Source: Nitrososphaerota archaeon
GTDB taxonomy: Archaea; Thermoproteota; Nitrososphaeria; Nitrososphaerales; UBA57
Direction of reading: 5' to 3'
DNA length: 5,241 bases
NCBI GenBank assembly: GCA_002713205.1
Contig: PAVW01000015.1
Location: 1-5,241 of the forward strand
Made by a program: the position numbers and the translations under genes. Shown in pieces: positions 3,989 through 5,241 of the stretch. The notes under the pieces were generated by a model that did no database searches, was not told the DNA's origin, and saw only the letters and a list, made by a program, of their open reading frames with translations. The stretch's first letter is position 1. The number at the start of each line of letters is the position of its first letter.

Positions 3989-4876
3989 TTAAGAAGTTGG
4001 TCTTTCCATAATACTTCTCAAAATATCTTTAATTTTTTCTATATCACTTGCAAGCTCTTTAAATCGTTTTTCGGCTTCAATTATTTTTCCTTCAGATTTT
4101 TGTTGGATCTTCTTTGTTGTCCCAAGGACTGTCCCAAGATCTGAAGTTGTGCCTCTATTACCTACTTCCGTAACTATAATGAGGTTCTTTTCTCTAGCAA
4201 CCTCTGCCCAGGTCTGGAGCTCTCTGAGTCTCAACGCTGCGGGGTCTTTACTGTAGGACTCTGCGGCTTTTGCCATATTTTTCGCTGCCTGTAATTCTCC
4301 CTCTGAGATTATTATCCTACTTCTTTTCTCTCTTTCTGCCTCTGCCTGCTTTGCAATTGCTCTCTGCATAACATCTGGTATAGCAACGTCCCTAATTGCC
4401 ACTGAGTTTACCTTTATTCCCCAGGGATTTGTTACTTCATCAAGTATAACCTTCATTTTCTTATTCAGTTCGTCCCTCTTGCTTAGAATGTCATCAAAAT
4501 CACATTGACCTATTACATCTCTAAGGGTAGTCTGAGAGAGAAGGCTGGAGGCGACAATATAATCTTGGACCTTTATAACGGCATCCAAGGGATCTGCAAC
4601 CTTTAGATAGACTACAGCATCAACATCAACCGTAACATTATCCCTTGTTATAATACCCTGTTTTGGAATATCTAGAGTAAGTATCCTTAGGTCAATAATT
4701 TTAATTTTATCAATTATTGGTATAACTATGAAGACTCCAGGACCCTTTGGGGTGCCAAGAACTCTTCCTAACCTGAAGATTACAGCTCTTTCGTACTCTT
4801 TGATAATTTTAATCATATTAACAAGGAGTATAATTGTCATAATTCCAAGGAATCCTGTTATGAGAAGGTGTTGCAT
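3989..4876 (-). CDS. Stomatin / prohibitin-homology (SPFH, band 7) membrane protein, 295 aa
   Basis: It has an N-terminal membrane hairpin and then the canonical IKEYERAVIFRLGR...TRDNVTVDVDAVVYLKV...TLRDVIG...WGIKV..V.IRDV..P..MQRAIAKQAEAEREKRSRII.SEGE. A C-terminal coiled-coil-like tail follows. Confidence 0.93.
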   Translation of the reverse strand: MQHLLITGFLGIMTIILLVNMIKIIKEYERAVIFRLGRVLGTPKGPGVFIVIPIIDKIKIIDLRILTLDIPKQGIITRDNVTVDVDAVVYLKVADPLDAVIKVQDYIVASSLLSQTTLRDVIGQCDFDDILSKRDELNKKMKVILDEVTNPWGIKVNSVAIRDVAIPDVMQRAIAKQAEAEREKRSRIIISEGELQAAKNMAKAAESYSKDPAALRLRELQTWAEVAREKNLIIVTEVGNRGTTSDLGTVLGTTKKIQQKSEGKIIEAEKRFKELASDIEKIKDILRSIMERPTS

Positions 4877-4903
4877 ATACCGGTTTGAAGCCTTAATCCT
4901 TCA

Positions 4904-4918
4904 AAAATATATCTATAA
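4904..4918 (-). promoter_or_regulatory. Candidate TATA region for the stomatin gene (minus strand TTATAGATATATTTT)
   Basis: An AT-rich TATA-like element about 30-35 nt upstream of the ATG at 4876. Confidence 0.3.
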
Positions 4919-5158
4919 CATAGTAAATAGATAATAACTCTTCAAACGGTCGAGTTTAAGGATTTATGTGTGTTATTGATAGAAACTGGGTTAAAATTGT
5001 GGTTTTATAGTCAATATAGTAAAGAAAATGAGTAAATGTGGGTAAAAATAGAGATTTGATAACGATTATTGTTATGGTTACTAGAGTAATTATGGGTTAC
5101 AAAAATTATTCATATTGTTAAGTAATAAATTAAAGATGTATTGGTTTTAAAATAGTTT

Positions 5159-5241
5159 ATGAAAAAGAGGGCACGTAATCAATTTTTAATTGGGGGGTTA
5201 ATTATGTTAGTAGCCATTGGACTATATTTTTCTGTAGTAAC
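5159..5241 (+). CDS. Partial ORF (5' end only): basic N-terminus plus hydrophobic helix, running off the window
   Basis: My translation is MKKRARNQFLIGGLIMLVAIGLYFSVV..., with no stop before the window end. An alternative ATG at 5204 is preceded by GGGGGG. Only 27 codons are visible. Confidence 0.3.
   Translation, partial: MKKRARNQFLIGGLIMLVAIGLYFSVV

Noticed and set aside
4728-4934. Plus-strand ORF 4728-4934 (68 aa)
   Set aside because: It is antisense to the 5' end and promoter of the strongly supported stomatin gene.
1-5241. CRISPR arrays, tRNA/rRNA genes, transposase or integrase genes
   Set aside because: I saw no regularly spaced repeats of 24 nt or more, no GC-rich structured-RNA islands standing out from the AT-rich background, and no recombinase-like ORF in any frame.

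Overview
This is an AT-rich window (roughly one-third G+C by eye) that reads as an archaeal chromosome. The evidence is a PcrB/GGGPS-family ether-lipid prenyltransferase, a zinc-ribbon Elf1 homolog, TATA-like boxes about 24-30 nt upstream of start codons (leaderless or short-leader transcripts), GGTGA-type Shine-Dalgarno motifs before operon-internal genes, and oligo-T terminators. Elf1 points to a TACK/Asgard-type lineage, but I cannot resolve this further without a search.

Layout:
- 135-647 (+): membrane-anchored MORN-repeat protein.
- 685-1494 (-): a three-gene small-protein operon. It encodes a roughly 92 aa protein with an HNH/colicin-DNase-like motif, then an ATGA-overlapped small gene with an apparent frameshift at an A6 run, then an SD-preceded small membrane protein.
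- 1575-2596 (-): Elf1 and GGGPS, joined by an ATGA stop/start overlap.
- 2757-3902 (+): an operon of three predicted DNA-binding proteins (sigma-r4/Tfx-like HTH, a membrane-tethered winged-helix protein, and an untracked 42 aa RHH-like ORF).
- 3989-4876 (-): stomatin/SPFH protein.
- 4877-5158: non-coding stretch, followed by the first 27 codons of a membrane protein.

The most unusual signal is at the DNA level around the membrane-tethered wHTH gene. The 8-bp palindrome TGATATCA occurs four times there and nowhere else in the window, in different reading frames and once outside the gene. The gene is also bracketed by an imperfect direct repeat that covers its start codon and its stop codon. 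All functional calls rest on motif recognition by eye. No HMM or BLAST search was possible.
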